A DNA stretch of 64,000 nucleotides from Oopsacas minuta. Its lineage: Eukaryota > Animalia > Porifera. The notes under the pieces are model-generated. The model did not search any database, was not told where the DNA came from, and was given only the letters and a program-made list of their open reading frames with translations. Of the stretch, positions 12,477 through 23,940 are shown in pieces. How positions within the stretch are numbered: position 1 is the first letter of the stretch; each line of letters starts with the position of its first letter. The DNA lies in contig JAKMXF010000022.1 in assembly GCA_024704765.1 (NCBI GenBank), positions 1 to 64,000 on the forward strand, in the 5' to 3' direction. Both the position numbers and the translations under genes were made by a program.

Positions 12477-14260
12477 ATGGAAGATTTGAGCCAGAGGCGA
12501 ATAGAAACACAAATCAGAGACGTAGAATTAATCTATAAATCCCTAACAACCGATTACTGGCAAGGGTATGTACATGTGTTCTCCTCTTTCCAAACACTCC
12601 CAAGAGGAAGAGGGGTACCCGACTCAGCGAGGATAATATTTAAACAAGAATCCTATGACGTAGCAGAACAAAGTCACCAGAGATATCCATTGAGGCTATT
12701 AGTTAACACTCCTGACCTATCATGTTTGGTTGCACAAAAGACCGCATATCCAGACAACCAAGTTACGTTCTTAATGAGTCCAAATACAAATGGTACGAAC
12801 TGTGCTATTTTATTCTATGTGTACATAAGTGAAGGAGATAGGTAAGGAAATATATATATATATCAAATAGTTTATAGCTTCATATCTCCATATTAAGGCA
12901 TACATAATTGTAATCTCCAGGAGAATATGCTGTCCATATACGGCAGGGCTAAGTCTATTACTTATGAATACAGAAATCAGCAGAGTATTAAACCAGGAGC
13001 AGAGGTCTGCTAGAGATAATATTCTCTATGATGTTATCCCCTTACTCCCGATGCATAAAGCAAGATTCCAAAGGTCAGACCAATCTCATCTACATGGATT
13101 CCTAATAATGAAAGAAGTGCAATACTCTCCTGAACAAGAGAGACGTGACGTCATGTACTGGAAAACAAGGGGATTGAATAGTCAGGTTATCCTCACGAAG
13201 AATTACAGAGAAGCTACTTGCTGTAGATATTCTCCAGCTTGTAAGGACTGAATCCCCTTATAAATCTAGTTATAATTATGTTTATCGTAGGTGATGATAT
13301 TTCTATTGCAGAGGATAGAATGACAGATCTCTCAGTTCGACATACTTCAGAAACAGACACAAGACAGTCACATAATAGACATGCTAAATCTATGTTAGAG
13401 AAGAAAACTGCCCGAACAGATTCTGAAGAATTATCCCAATCATACACACAATCAACTATCTATAGAACTTACTCCTTCAGTCAAAGTAGTCCAGATTTAT
13501 ACTCAATATTCGTACGTGATACGACCCTTATTTGGTCAGCATTCTATCGCTATGTGTTAGGACATGAACCCCACACAGCCAAACAGAACACCTTGAGTGC
13601 ATACTTTGCCTCCGATACTCTCCTGCCCTATTATCCACCACAGGCAGGAACTAGCGAGTCAGAGTCAGAGCTACAGATACCATTTGACATGAGACGCTCA
13701 TTCAAGGCCAGAACACACAACGAAATCAGAGAGGGATTTCCTACCTGTGTGTTTGTAAACCCGGATACCATGGTTCTAGCTTCTAATACACAAGCTCCTC
13801 TCTATCAAGCAACATACTTCTTAGAATTCCAAGGAGCCAATAGGGTTGCTACCCCCTGCTATGTACTTAAATCAGCACAGAAAGGTAAGAAACTACAAAA
13901 ATACATTAAAATAAAAGTTTCTAACTGTCATATTCTATCAGATTTCTAGTTATGCCTTCCTATCATGAAGAAGCTAAGAACCAACTAAAGATAACTCTAT
14001 CTGAAAACCTTGCTACACATATAGATCAACAACAGACGGAAACAGCTATAGCTGGGCTAGCAAACACAGTTCTCCCAAATTTGCTACCAAAGCTTGACAT
14101 GGAGAATTCATTGTTTCAAATGCATGGCACTAAGGAACAGTTTTATCTTTTGAAGGAAACTCTACACAAATATTACTATTGGAAGGTTAAACCAGAGAAT
14201 AACACTGTCAGCATGACTATTAATTCAACAGAGGCTAGTCTCTTTCAAATAAGTTTGTAG
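12477..14260 (+). CDS. Uncharacterised 4-exon protein, about 520 aa
   Basis: ORFs 12420-12845, 12964-13251, 13278-13949 and 13952-14260 join through three phase-correct short GT-AG introns. No motif recognised. Confidence 0.75.
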
Positions 14261-14400
14261 AATTCGTAACAGCTGATATAATTACTGTTATTTAATATGC
14301 TTAAGTAATTCTTAATTTTCTAAGTGTTTGTTACATTGAAAATATGATGACATACGTATGTGAGTTTTATTGGTGTATAATTTCGTTACGATATTAATAA

Positions 14401-14775
14401 TTAATATTCCTCTTCAATTGTGAGATCTTCGATACCAGCTTCTAACAACAGATGCTCATATCTCTCAATAGCTATTCTCTCAACTTCCAGTTCCCAGGCG
14501 CTCTTAGGTTTAATATAGGATAGGAAATATAAGAGGAACAGTGAGAACCACATCCCCCAGGTTACTATTCTGTCTCTCAGTAAGACAACTCTCCTCTCTC
14601 CTGGTAACAGAGGTTTCTCTCCATACTTGAATCCTCCTGGTAGTCGTATCCCTCTCTCCTTAGCTAGGTCCAGGTAGTACTTGGAATCCTTCACTACGGA
14701 GCGGGAGGGAGTTCTGGATAGTGCTAGAATGTATCGTGTGGTGGGTAGAGATCTTGTCAGGGAGGAGCTTAGCAT
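14401..14775 (-). CDS. NDUFB11: Complex I ESSS subunit (NDUFB11)-like
   Basis: S/R/T-rich mitochondrial-type presequence from MLSSSL, GFKYGEKPLLPGERR motif, one TM helix, then KP..AW..E..RIA. Confidence 0.65.
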   Translation of the reverse strand: MLSSSLTRSLPTTRYILALSRTPSRSVVKDSKYYLDLAKERGIRLPGGFKYGEKPLLPGERRVVLLRDRIVTWGMWFSLFLLYFLSYIKPKSAWELEVERIAIERYEHLLLEAGIEDLTIEEEY

Positions 14776-14903
14776 AATATTCTCTACTGAAAATAAATAT
14801 GTAGTTAGAGATGTAAAATGAATAATATTATAACTCATATACCGATATATATAGACGGGGAGAAGGAATAAATAAAACAAAAAACTAGCAACCACGAAAC
14901 GAA

Positions 14904-15788
14904 CTACATTATATATAATGAATTTTCGCCGTATGCACTGATAGCAATCAAATTCTTATCCTTGAGAAGCTTAAGTCCTCTTGGCCTGTCAAGTTTTGAT
15001 AATTTTTGAGAGGCGATCAGATTCCCATCTTGTGAGTACAGTTCTAACATACTTCTAGATTCCCTAAAGAATATCAACAGCATATTACCATAATGATCTA
15101 AATCAAAGTACCAGGGTCTTCCAGTGTAACCATATGTCTGAACATGTCTTCTTATCACACATTGTCTAACTACTAGTCCATCTGTTGTTAGGAAGAAAAC
15201 TGAAGTAACATTATCCCAACTGAGCACTAATATAAACTCATTGAATAACTGTACGTCTTTTGGTTTTCCTATCTTTCCTGCACCAAATATTTGGTGAACA
15301 GGTAAGGTAGAGTTTAAGATTTGCAAACTGTCCAACATAGAAACATAAATAGTATTATCTTTGTCAACTGCAATACCTTTTGGTCTCTTTATCGGGGTAG
15401 AAGGGGAGTTATCTGGACAGGGGAAATGACTTACTGAGTTTCCCTCTAAAGTGAAGATGAATATCATTTTGTTTCTCAAGTCAGATATGAATATTAAATT
15501 ATTCCTGATACATAAAGCTCTCGGCTTGAAGAGAGGAGGCTGGAATTCTCCCTCCAGAGGATAAGAGAACAGTATAGATCCAGTATACGTCATCACAAGT
15601 ACTTTATTACCTAACGTATGTATAACATGTACTCTTCCTAGTTCTTCATCTTCTCCAATGGATCTGGGAAAGAATCTATTATACTCATCCATTAAATCAA
15701 CAACTATCGTATCTCTGTTATGTTGTCGTATATAGTCTAGACAGGTAGGGTAATTTGGAGATACTTTGTGTTCTGTAGAGTAAAGCAT
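14904..15788 (-). CDS. NHL-repeat (beta-propeller) protein, intronless
   Basis: Repeated NHL-like blades: KPRALCI..IFISD, RPKGIAVD, KPKDVQL, RPRGLKL. Confidence 0.75.
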   Translation of the reverse strand: MLYSTEHKVSPNYPTCLDYIRQHNRDTIVVDLMDEYNRFFPRSIGEDEELGRVHVIHTLGNKVLVMTYTGSILFSYPLEGEFQPPLFKPRALCIRNNLIFISDLRNKMIFIFTLEGNSVSHFPCPDNSPSTPIKRPKGIAVDKDNTIYVSMLDSLQILNSTLPVHQIFGAGKIGKPKDVQLFNEFILVLSWDNVTSVFFLTTDGLVVRQCVIRRHVQTYGYTGRPWYFDLDHYGNMLLIFFRESRSMLELYSQDGNLIASQKLSKLDRPRGLKLLKDKNLIAISAYGENSLYIM

Positions 15789-15874
15789 TGTCTAATTACC
15801 TCACAGCAAATTGTTAATAGATGGAAATATTTGTGGATATTATAGAGCCCAATCAGAGAAAAAATAGTAAATTA

Positions 15875-16258
15875 TTATTCAGGAATATTCTTATTCAAAA
15901 ATTCTCTTATTTCGTTGAGAATCTCTTTCTTCACGACATCAGGAACACTGCTCCTTGCTCTTGGTGTTAGTTCTCGAACCAAATCAGCAACCTAATTTTA
16001 CATAAGTAACAACCTATGAAGTGATAGAATAATAATAATAATATAAATTTTATTAACCTTTACTTTGTTCAGGTCCTGATGACTAGTAATAAGCTCCTTA
16101 CAATCTGCTTTGAGTTTATCCCTCCAACCACACTCAATCAATTTCAATCTAAGTAACTCCCTAATTCTATCTTTCTCTCCGCTCTCTTCAAGCTTAACCG
16201 ATAAAACTTGTTTCAGTTGAGCTTCCTTCTGTTGCCTATCTGGCGACGTCACACTCAT
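15875..16258 (-). CDS. ENY2: ENY2/Sus1, 2 exons (16258-16058, 15991-15875)
   Basis: KLEESGEKDRIRELLRLKLIECGWRD, and second exon VADLVRELTPRARSSVPDVVKKEIL. Confidence 0.93.
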
Positions 16259-16359
16259 TAATCAGTATATTAGTTCTAATTTAAATGATGAGAACAGAAG
16301 AATTGTATAAACAGAAATTAACAGATCATTTTTGTATATATAAATCAAATAATCCCAAA

Positions 16360-17652
16360 TCAAGTGTAGATATCAAAATCAACTCGTTTAGAATTATAGA
16401 ACTGTCCATTCCTCCGATCAATTCTTCTAACCATTACTCCTTCTCCAAAATAACCAGCAGTACTCCATTCTAACATTTGACTGCTCTTGAAGGGTCCGTA
16501 CAGTTTGCTATCCTCTCTCTCTTCTGTTTTATACTCCCAACAGATATCATTACTGTCAGGACTATTAAACTTGTTTTTAATCTGGTAAGAAGTTAGATTA
16601 TTTTGTAACTTCTCTAACGAATTAGAATAGATATCATACTCATTGTGATAACACATCAAATCTGCCAACTCTGTAAGTTCTAAGAAAGCGTTATCTTGTC
16701 CTAGATGTTGGTGGAGTACTTAAGAATTAGTTATTATATTAATTTTGTACTACCTTTATGGTTATTATCTACTGATGGGGAAATATCTTCTTTTCTATTT
16801 CCTTTCTGTTTATTTGGCTTTAGCCTCTTTAAAGCTTGTGCAACAGTCTCTCTCGGATTCAATAAACAAACAATTCGACTTATACACTCAGACTTGGATA
16901 GAACTGCTTTAACTGTTTGGCTCGTATCCTTTAATGGTTCTTTACTTAGTATTACTTTCGCATCTCGTTTGAAAAATTGTCTCTCACTCTCGAGTTGTGA
17001 CAACATCTCTCCTTGCTCATCTACATTACTCCAGTCTATATCTGTCAGCCAGTTGTCAGTAACTTCCTCATCTCTGAAGGTGTAGTAATTACCCTCTGAG
17101 TCAAACCTTCCCTCCTCCATCTCCTCGTCCATATTGAATGGAGTAACCTATGAGAGTTACTAGGTATTTATATTTATAGTATCATAAAATTAATCACATA
17201 CTCTAATGTCTCCATCAAAATGTAAGACCCCTTTCTCCTGAGCAAACATATCCTCTTCATCTAGTCCCTCAGTCTCTAAGCGTTCCTTATTAACTTCTTT
17301 CTGCTCATCTGACTTATTCTTTCCATACAGAATGTAATCATCGTCTGGCTCTGAATCTGAGTCCAGCTGATCTCTTAGTCTAGAACCTAATTAATAACAC
17401 AATTTACTGATTACAGACATATTTACATTTGCTTATAAGTTATAGGTATTATTAACCAGGTTTGTGTTGGGACTTTGAAGAATTCGAACTGATTGTATCT
17501 TCATTAACAGTATCAGTACTATCCAAATGGTTATGATCTAACTTTTGCTGTTTAGGTTCTGATTGTATACGTCTCTCTACTGGATAACTGGCAACTGACA
17601 CAACTGTTACTTCATTGCTAAATGCAACCTGACGAGATCTCTTTTTGCTCAT
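16360..17652 (-). CDS. CD2BP2: CD2BP2 / U5-52K, 4 exons, C-terminal GYF domain
   Basis: VTPFNMDEEMEEGRFDSEGNY, DNWL, ETVAQALKRL and WEYK..YGPF..M..W...GYF motifs. Splice phases checked. Confidence 0.92.
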
Positions 17653-17810
17653 TCAATCTATTGAATCGATATTATTAAATCTCAATTGTTGTTTGTTCGT
17701 CCGATTTTCACACTTTTGGATTAATCATATGCAAATTAATTGTTGTTTTTATGAATATAAAGTAAACAAATTTCAAAATTGAGGTAGAAATATGCTGAGT
17801 TCTAATATGA

Positions 17811-17858
17811 TTATACCAGCGAAGCGCGCTGGTATAAAATAAATACCAAAGTATCTAG
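17811..17858 (+). mobile_element. Possible Helitron-type 3' end (hairpin plus CTAG)
   Basis: 11-bp stem TTATACCAGCG/CGCTGGTATAA followed after about 17 nt by CTAG then T. No 5' end identified. Confidence 0.35.
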
Positions 17859-18068
17859 TAGCATAAAGTAATTACACAGCTCTATAAATATTGGTAAAGA
17901 TTCGCAATAAATAATCGTTCAATAAGTGTATATGTAGAACAATATTATTATCATATAAAACTTGTAGCAGTAATATCTTGGGCAGCAGTACTGTATAACA
18001 ACAAATATGAAACTAGAAAGTTAATTAAAAGAAAGAGGAGTGATATTAGCGGGTAAGTGACGTAGTAT

Positions 18069-20171
18069 TCAGCAGAATGTTTGGTCTATTTGAATATCAT
18101 TGCTAATTTGTGAGTATGTGTCTTGGCCAGAATGTCTTGAGCTAGTCTTCACACTCCTCAACTGGAAATTGTCTCCAATTGAAGGGAGCACCGGGACCAT
18201 GTTTGAATGAGGTAGATACTTCCGTTTAGACTCAGGTGAGTCGTCAGTAGGTCTTCTAGATGGTTCGTATTTGGGGAGGGTAGAGGGAGAGGGGTTAGTT
18301 GTTAGAAGCTTTGGGAGAATGACGTCATCAGGAAAATAGTCTAACTCAGTGATTGTTCCTTCTGAGAGAGCAGCTTGTTCCAGAGAAAGAGGCCTTTTAA
18401 CAGCTATATCATGGGATTCAAGATGGAAATCATTGTCCTCTAATATCCCATAGGAAGCTCGTTTCTTAGGACTTATACGTTTCCCGAATAGACTAGACTG
18501 ATCTAGCCTAAAGGCAGGGTTAGCAATTTGCTGGTGACATTTGAAGTCTCCTGACATTCTTTTAGCGAACATATCATACTTGAGTCTGGTGGGAGCACGA
18601 GTATGCTTACAGACTGCAATCAATAGTAGCACGATTGTGAAAATAGATAGCAGAAAAATAACACCAAATACAGAGGCTAGTATAATGGGCGTTAACAGAG
18701 AGGGAGGATTCTCAATTTCTACAGAAGTTAAGTCTATACATGTCTTATTGTCAATAGAAAGTAGTGTATATCCAAACTTGCATTGGCATGAATAGGAGCC
18801 CTGTGAATTAACACACAAATGAAGACAACCTCCATCCTGAGTCTCACACTCATCTACATCCTGACACTCACCACTAGACAGCTCTAAGAGATATCCATCA
18901 GCACATTCACAAGAATAACTACCTACAGGCTCATTTCTACAGCGTTGTGACGGTATGACGCAATCGTGTAGTAAATTAGAAAGACATTCATTAACATCTT
19001 CACATCCAAATAAATCGGGTGTCAATTCGTAGCCAGGTCTGCAGGAGCAATTGAATGTATCAGCTATTATATCTGTACTACACAGGTGTTCACACCCACC
19101 ATTTGAATGAGCACACACATTAAGAGGTTTGACGTACAAATCTAGAATTTGAATCTGAGCTTCATAGAGAATGTGAGTGACTAGACAGGAGTACTGTCCG
19201 TTGTGACTGAGCTCAGCTACTGTTAAGTTATAGTCAGTCAGTAATACATCATCATGAGAGAAAGTGACAAGCGGGGGATCAAGAGCAGTACTAGTTGTAA
19301 TTCCAGTTAGATCAGAACTTGTAACAAATTTAGATGAGAATGGTAAGCATAAGTTAGTAAGGTTTATTTGTATGTTATCATCTTCACGAACTCTGAGAGA
19401 AAGATTGAAAGTATTTTGGATAGGACTTATTGAGATATAGTAATCAATCTCGTCAAAACTAGGAGAATTCTGAGCATTGCATTGGTACTTTTCTGTAGTT
19501 AGGTTAGTAGTTGTGTTGATTGGAAGGAAGAATAGATCTTCTCTGGGAGAGTCAAAAAATACATCTGTCTGTTTTATAACAGTCCCCTGGTGGAACACTT
19601 TGAGAAGGAAATAAGATGAAATGTATGGACAATACAACTTAAGAGAAGGTATTGCAATATCTGGTGCTGTCAGGTTGAAATCATCACCAGAATATCTGAG
19701 GACCATTGAAGCTGCTGTCAAGTTCTCTGTTGTATAGCAGTCTCCTGTAAAAAGAAAATTAATATATTATACCAAAATAATATATTATTATCTATACATA
19801 CCAATACGTATTTCATAAAAGCCAGAGAACTTGGGCTTGCTACTCAGGAAGACCATCATCCAGGTAGTGTTGTTGCCACGAAAAACTTGAATACCGGATT
19901 CATGTGTAACTCTGCCTCCCACAGCGATCTGATGGAATGAGAGCTCATTGCGTGAGTAAGCAGTATAGTGTAAGACAGTAAAGTGTGTTCTCTCTGGTAG
20001 AGTGGTGACGGTGATAGCCAGTGTAGTACCTCCTCTTGTATTCAGTACTATCTCTTCTGGTACATTTACATCAAACTGAATCTGTTCGCATGTGGTATTG
20101 ATCAGTCTAATCCCTATAACGCATCCAAGTGACGTTAGTAGCAGGTACCAGGCAAGCTTCCAACCAGACAT
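18069..20171 (-). CDS. Type I membrane protein: signal peptide, Ig-like domains, three EGF/cbEGF repeats, TM helix, long cytoplasmic tail; 2 exons
   Basis: Signal peptide in ORF 19788-20171 splices in phase to ORF 18069-19721. GQYSC Ig motif, DVNEC/DVDEC EGF motifs, hydrophobic TM segment. Confidence 0.85.
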
Positions 20172-21371
20172 AACTAACCACTAATATACGAAACAGCTGT
20201 ACAAAAACATCAGCAGTTCCAAATATAAAATTTGAACCCTTTCCACAAGAACACATATGTTCAGATAATTAATGCAGTGAATTCCTAATTTCTTAGAACA
20301 AAGAATTTTTTATTTATTATTTAGCAGATGAAACCAGTGTTTATTCTTTGGGAAAGAAATGTGAATTAGTAATTCTAACATAGGTAATTAAAGATTTTTA
20401 GTTCACTGTATATGCACGCATAATACACAGAAAAAGACAGCCAAATTACGTATTAAGTCTTATACAAACAAGACCGCAAAGCTTCTCATTTTGAAAAATT
20501 TTTCTATTTCATAGAATTATTTGCTATCATTATAATATTCAACTTAGCTACGTACAAATAAAATCGCTTGCTAGTAAGATCTACATGAAGTAAGAATGTG
20601 TAGTTGTGCATATATCCCCCAAACTACTTTGAATTATTTATACACACTACCCCACAATTATACTTACAAAATAACGTTGTAATCTATAATACCAGTTGTA
20701 TAGAGCGTTACCGAGTGGTTTGAATGCTATAATATCAGTGTACACTAATTCACCTAAGGCGAAAAACTAAACTATTACCTCTACAATATTATGAATGATT
20801 AATATAAAGAAATCGGTATTAAATAGAGTTACCCAAGGCACCAAGAAATGCAGATGTGAAACAGAATAATGCAAGTTGATTGAATATACGGCTTTTCTAC
20901 ACATACCTAGTTTGTAATTAAATCACTAAGTAAAATCATAGGTAACAACCATGAAGCAATTGTTCACTCAGGATTCCACATGTTATCAACCATAGCCATG
21001 AATCAACACAGAAACACCACAGTTCAATGTGTGAATCTCAATAAATTCATTTCATCTACGTACTGTATCGTGGTCGAATAATAGTGAATATTTGAAATAA
21101 TAGAAACTTGAAATGTGTAATTGTCCTTCCAAACTATTTATTGTCTATTTTCCATTATACGTATTTCATTGGTATTTGAAGCTCTTGAAATTAATAAGAA
21201 GAATTTTAAGTAAACTCAAACATTCTAAAGCACCACACTCATGCAAAATGTTTCAAAAAAGAAAACGTAAAGGATATTACTGAACATTACAAGCAGATTT
21301 ATCAGTAAATTATCTGTAAGACCAAAATTTTTCGATTTAATTCCGTGAACAAAGTTCCTTCCAATATTACA

Positions 21372-21728
21372 AGTATTCCCAATACTATAACTATAGACAG
21401 AGTATTCCCAATACTATAACTATAGACAGAGTATTCCCAATACTATAACTATAGACAGAGTATTCCCAATACTATAACTATAGACAGAGTATTCCCAATA
21501 CTATAACTATAGACAGAGTATTCCCAATACTATAACTATAGACCGAGTATTCCCAATACTATAACTATAGACAGAGTATTCCCAATACTATAACTATAGA
21601 CCGAGTATTCCCAATACTATAACTATAGACAGAGTATTCCCAATACTATAACTATAGACAGAGTATTCCCAATACTATAACTATAGACAGAGTATTCCCA
21701 ATACTTTAACTATAGACAGAGTATTCCC
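21372..21728. repeat. Minisatellite, 12 full copies plus a partial copy of the 29-bp unit AGTATTCCCAATACTATAACTATAGACAG
   Basis: Direct reading; only three single-base variants; no spacers. Confidence 0.97.
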
Positions 21729-21788
21729 TCTGAAGATAAGCAAATTAATTAATTTTAAAATACATACGTAAATTACAAACATAAAAGA

Positions 21789-23072
21789 TCAGTAGACTTG
21801 TATACAGTTACTTGCTCTTGGAAGAGTAGTCACAATCCGGTTGCACTGAGTCACAGCTAATCCACGTGTCACGATATTAGTCCGTCCTCTCTGTCTGCAA
21901 CCCATCTTGTTGATACATTGTAGGTAATTCCCATTTTTGCTAAATATTTTTATCTGCTTTCCTGATAAGTCATTAACTAAAATATTACATTGTTTGTCGA
22001 GACAAAAATCTGAAGCATTTTCGATTTGATTTTCAAGGATGACACCCCTCTTTAGTTTACCTTTATAAGTAAAACATTGAATGGGAAAGGAACTGTATTC
22101 AAACAAGACATACATCCCATCAGATGTGAGGTATAAGCATTGGATTATAGTTTTGTTGGGAGTATAATGCCGGGTCCTTAGAGTAATCGTCCTACAATTG
22201 GTCAGATTAGCATCAAACACTGTTATTTTGGGTTCCGTACAGTGACACACATAGACATTATTATGTTTGTCTACTGCTGTACCTCCAGATTCAAATCCTA
22301 GTTTCCTCGAAGCAAGGACCTTCCCAGAAATCTTATCAACTTTAACAACATTGCGTACGGTAGTTACATAAAGGTAATTAGGAATACAGCATACATCATA
22401 TGCAAACTCCAATAACTCAGAAACAAAGCATGTGAGATAAGAACCTGTCTGACTGAACACTTTAATTCCTTGGTTCCTATAACCAGCAACGTATATATTA
22501 CCAGTTATTGGGTCTATAGCCATTCCTTCCGAGCTAGGCACCTGCAAACCACCATCTGTGTTGTTCCACACCGGGTCTGAACACAACGCATATGGATTAT
22601 AACTAATATTCAGCTCGCAATATTCCTCTAACACACGCCCTACTTTCCTACATTTCCATTTCAACTCTAGTACGGGAACTGGTAATCTTATGAACTGCCA
22701 TAATTGACTGTGTAAGCTACCGATCGTGTTACCTAATAGTGTGAGTGGAAATGAACTGAACTGGGATTTTACAATATGGTGTTGCAACCAATTCAATTCT
22801 AACCGATGGTCTAATCTCTCTCTTATCTGTTCTGTCATCTCAATTACAATCAAATCCAGTTCTTGCATAACATTAGCAGCTTGTTGGAGCATCCACACAC
22901 TTACAAATTTCACATTATTTAATTTGTTGATAATTTCATCTGACATCTCATGGATAACATTTCTGAGCTGGTTCAGCTGATTATCATAGGTTTGCTCCAA
23001 AGAAGAATATTCTACAAGGTTCAAAGAACTTTGCAAGTTTATCATTTTATTAATTAAGGGTATATAGAACAA
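21789..23072 (-). CDS. Coiled-coil plus NHL-repeat protein (TRIM-like but no RING or B-box), intronless
   Basis: N-terminal helical region ending LELKW..V...LEEYCEL, followed by NHL blades (GMAIDP.TGNIYVA, GTAVDKHNNVYVC, FCLDKQCNILVND). Confidence 0.8.
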   Translation of the reverse strand: MFYIPLINKMINLQSSLNLVEYSSLEQTYDNQLNQLRNVIHEMSDEIINKLNNVKFVSVWMLQQAANVMQELDLIVIEMTEQIRERLDHRLELNWLQHHIVKSQFSSFPLTLLGNTIGSLHSQLWQFIRLPVPVLELKWKCRKVGRVLEEYCELNISYNPYALCSDPVWNNTDGGLQVPSSEGMAIDPITGNIYVAGYRNQGIKVFSQTGSYLTCFVSELLEFAYDVCCIPNYLYVTTVRNVVKVDKISGKVLASRKLGFESGGTAVDKHNNVYVCHCTEPKITVFDANLTNCRTITLRTRHYTPNKTIIQCLYLTSDGMYVLFEYSSFPIQCFTYKGKLKRGVILENQIENASDFCLDKQCNILVNDLSGKQIKIFSKNGNYLQCINKMGCRQRGRTNIVTRGLAVTQCNRIVTTLPRASNCIQVY

Positions 23073-23940
23073 CAGATTATAGTCAAATGTTATTTATACT
23101 CAGTAAGTTGCTTTGTATTAACACGATTCCCATTTATAATGTTTTAGCTGATAGAAACTGAAATGAACCACCACTAATGTGCCCATGTGGCATATAACAT
23201 CTTCCGAGGACATATTTAGTAGCCAATTTAAATTAAACAGTTTACTCCATCATGCAAGGGAAGCATATTAGACCAAATAATTACGCAAATGTAATAGAAG
23301 TACGTCTATTCAAATAATGTATTTAGTGTGGATATGATAACCAATATGAAACTATATAACCTTTTAAAATCTACACGATGATTCTTGCCTAGACTTTAAT
23401 TATAGCCGAACCGAATACTGAAATTATTCAAACGAATAGATAATATTCGGTTAAATCAACCGAATACTGAATACCGATGTAAGGTTGGTAAGCGAATATT
23501 GAATTATTCGCCAAATAATATTCAGTTGTGCAACCTTGGTTAAATCCAATTATGTTCGAAGTAGTTTCATGCAATTTGCATCGTGTGGGCCAACTTAAGT
23601 CTCCGAATATAGGACACGGATAAGAACCAGGGGCATCCAGAGAGGTGACTAGATTGTAGGGCCAGTAGAGGTACCTGAAAGGTAATGGTCCTACTGTCCC
23701 CCTTGTAATGTGAGGTTTGACTAATCCATCTCCTAAGTATCAAAGTTACATAAATCTTTGAGGTCAACTATCATTCGTGTAATTGTTTCATTCAAGTTGT
23801 ACCAAGGGTAAAATAATAAATTTATAATTCCTTAAAAATATTTCAACAACTGCAACTATATACAATTGAGTGATAATGAATTTATTGAAGGTGAAAGAGT
23901 TCTTGCATTCCCTAGCAGAAATTGAAGAGATATAATTTTG

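Noticed and set aside
14776-14895. N-terminal ORF extensions of the NDUFB11-like gene (40 aa) and TMEM41B (59673-59825, 51 aa)
   Set aside because: AT-rich intron-like sequence with a splice acceptor just before the downstream ATG that matches the family start.
21372-21728. CRISPR-like array (29-bp palindromic repeats)
   Set aside because: Units are head-to-tail with no spacers, there are no cas genes, and the context is eukaryotic.
23405-23536. Cluster of CGAATA(C/T)T short repeats
   Set aside because: Probably a decayed MITE, but ends and TSD cannot be defined.
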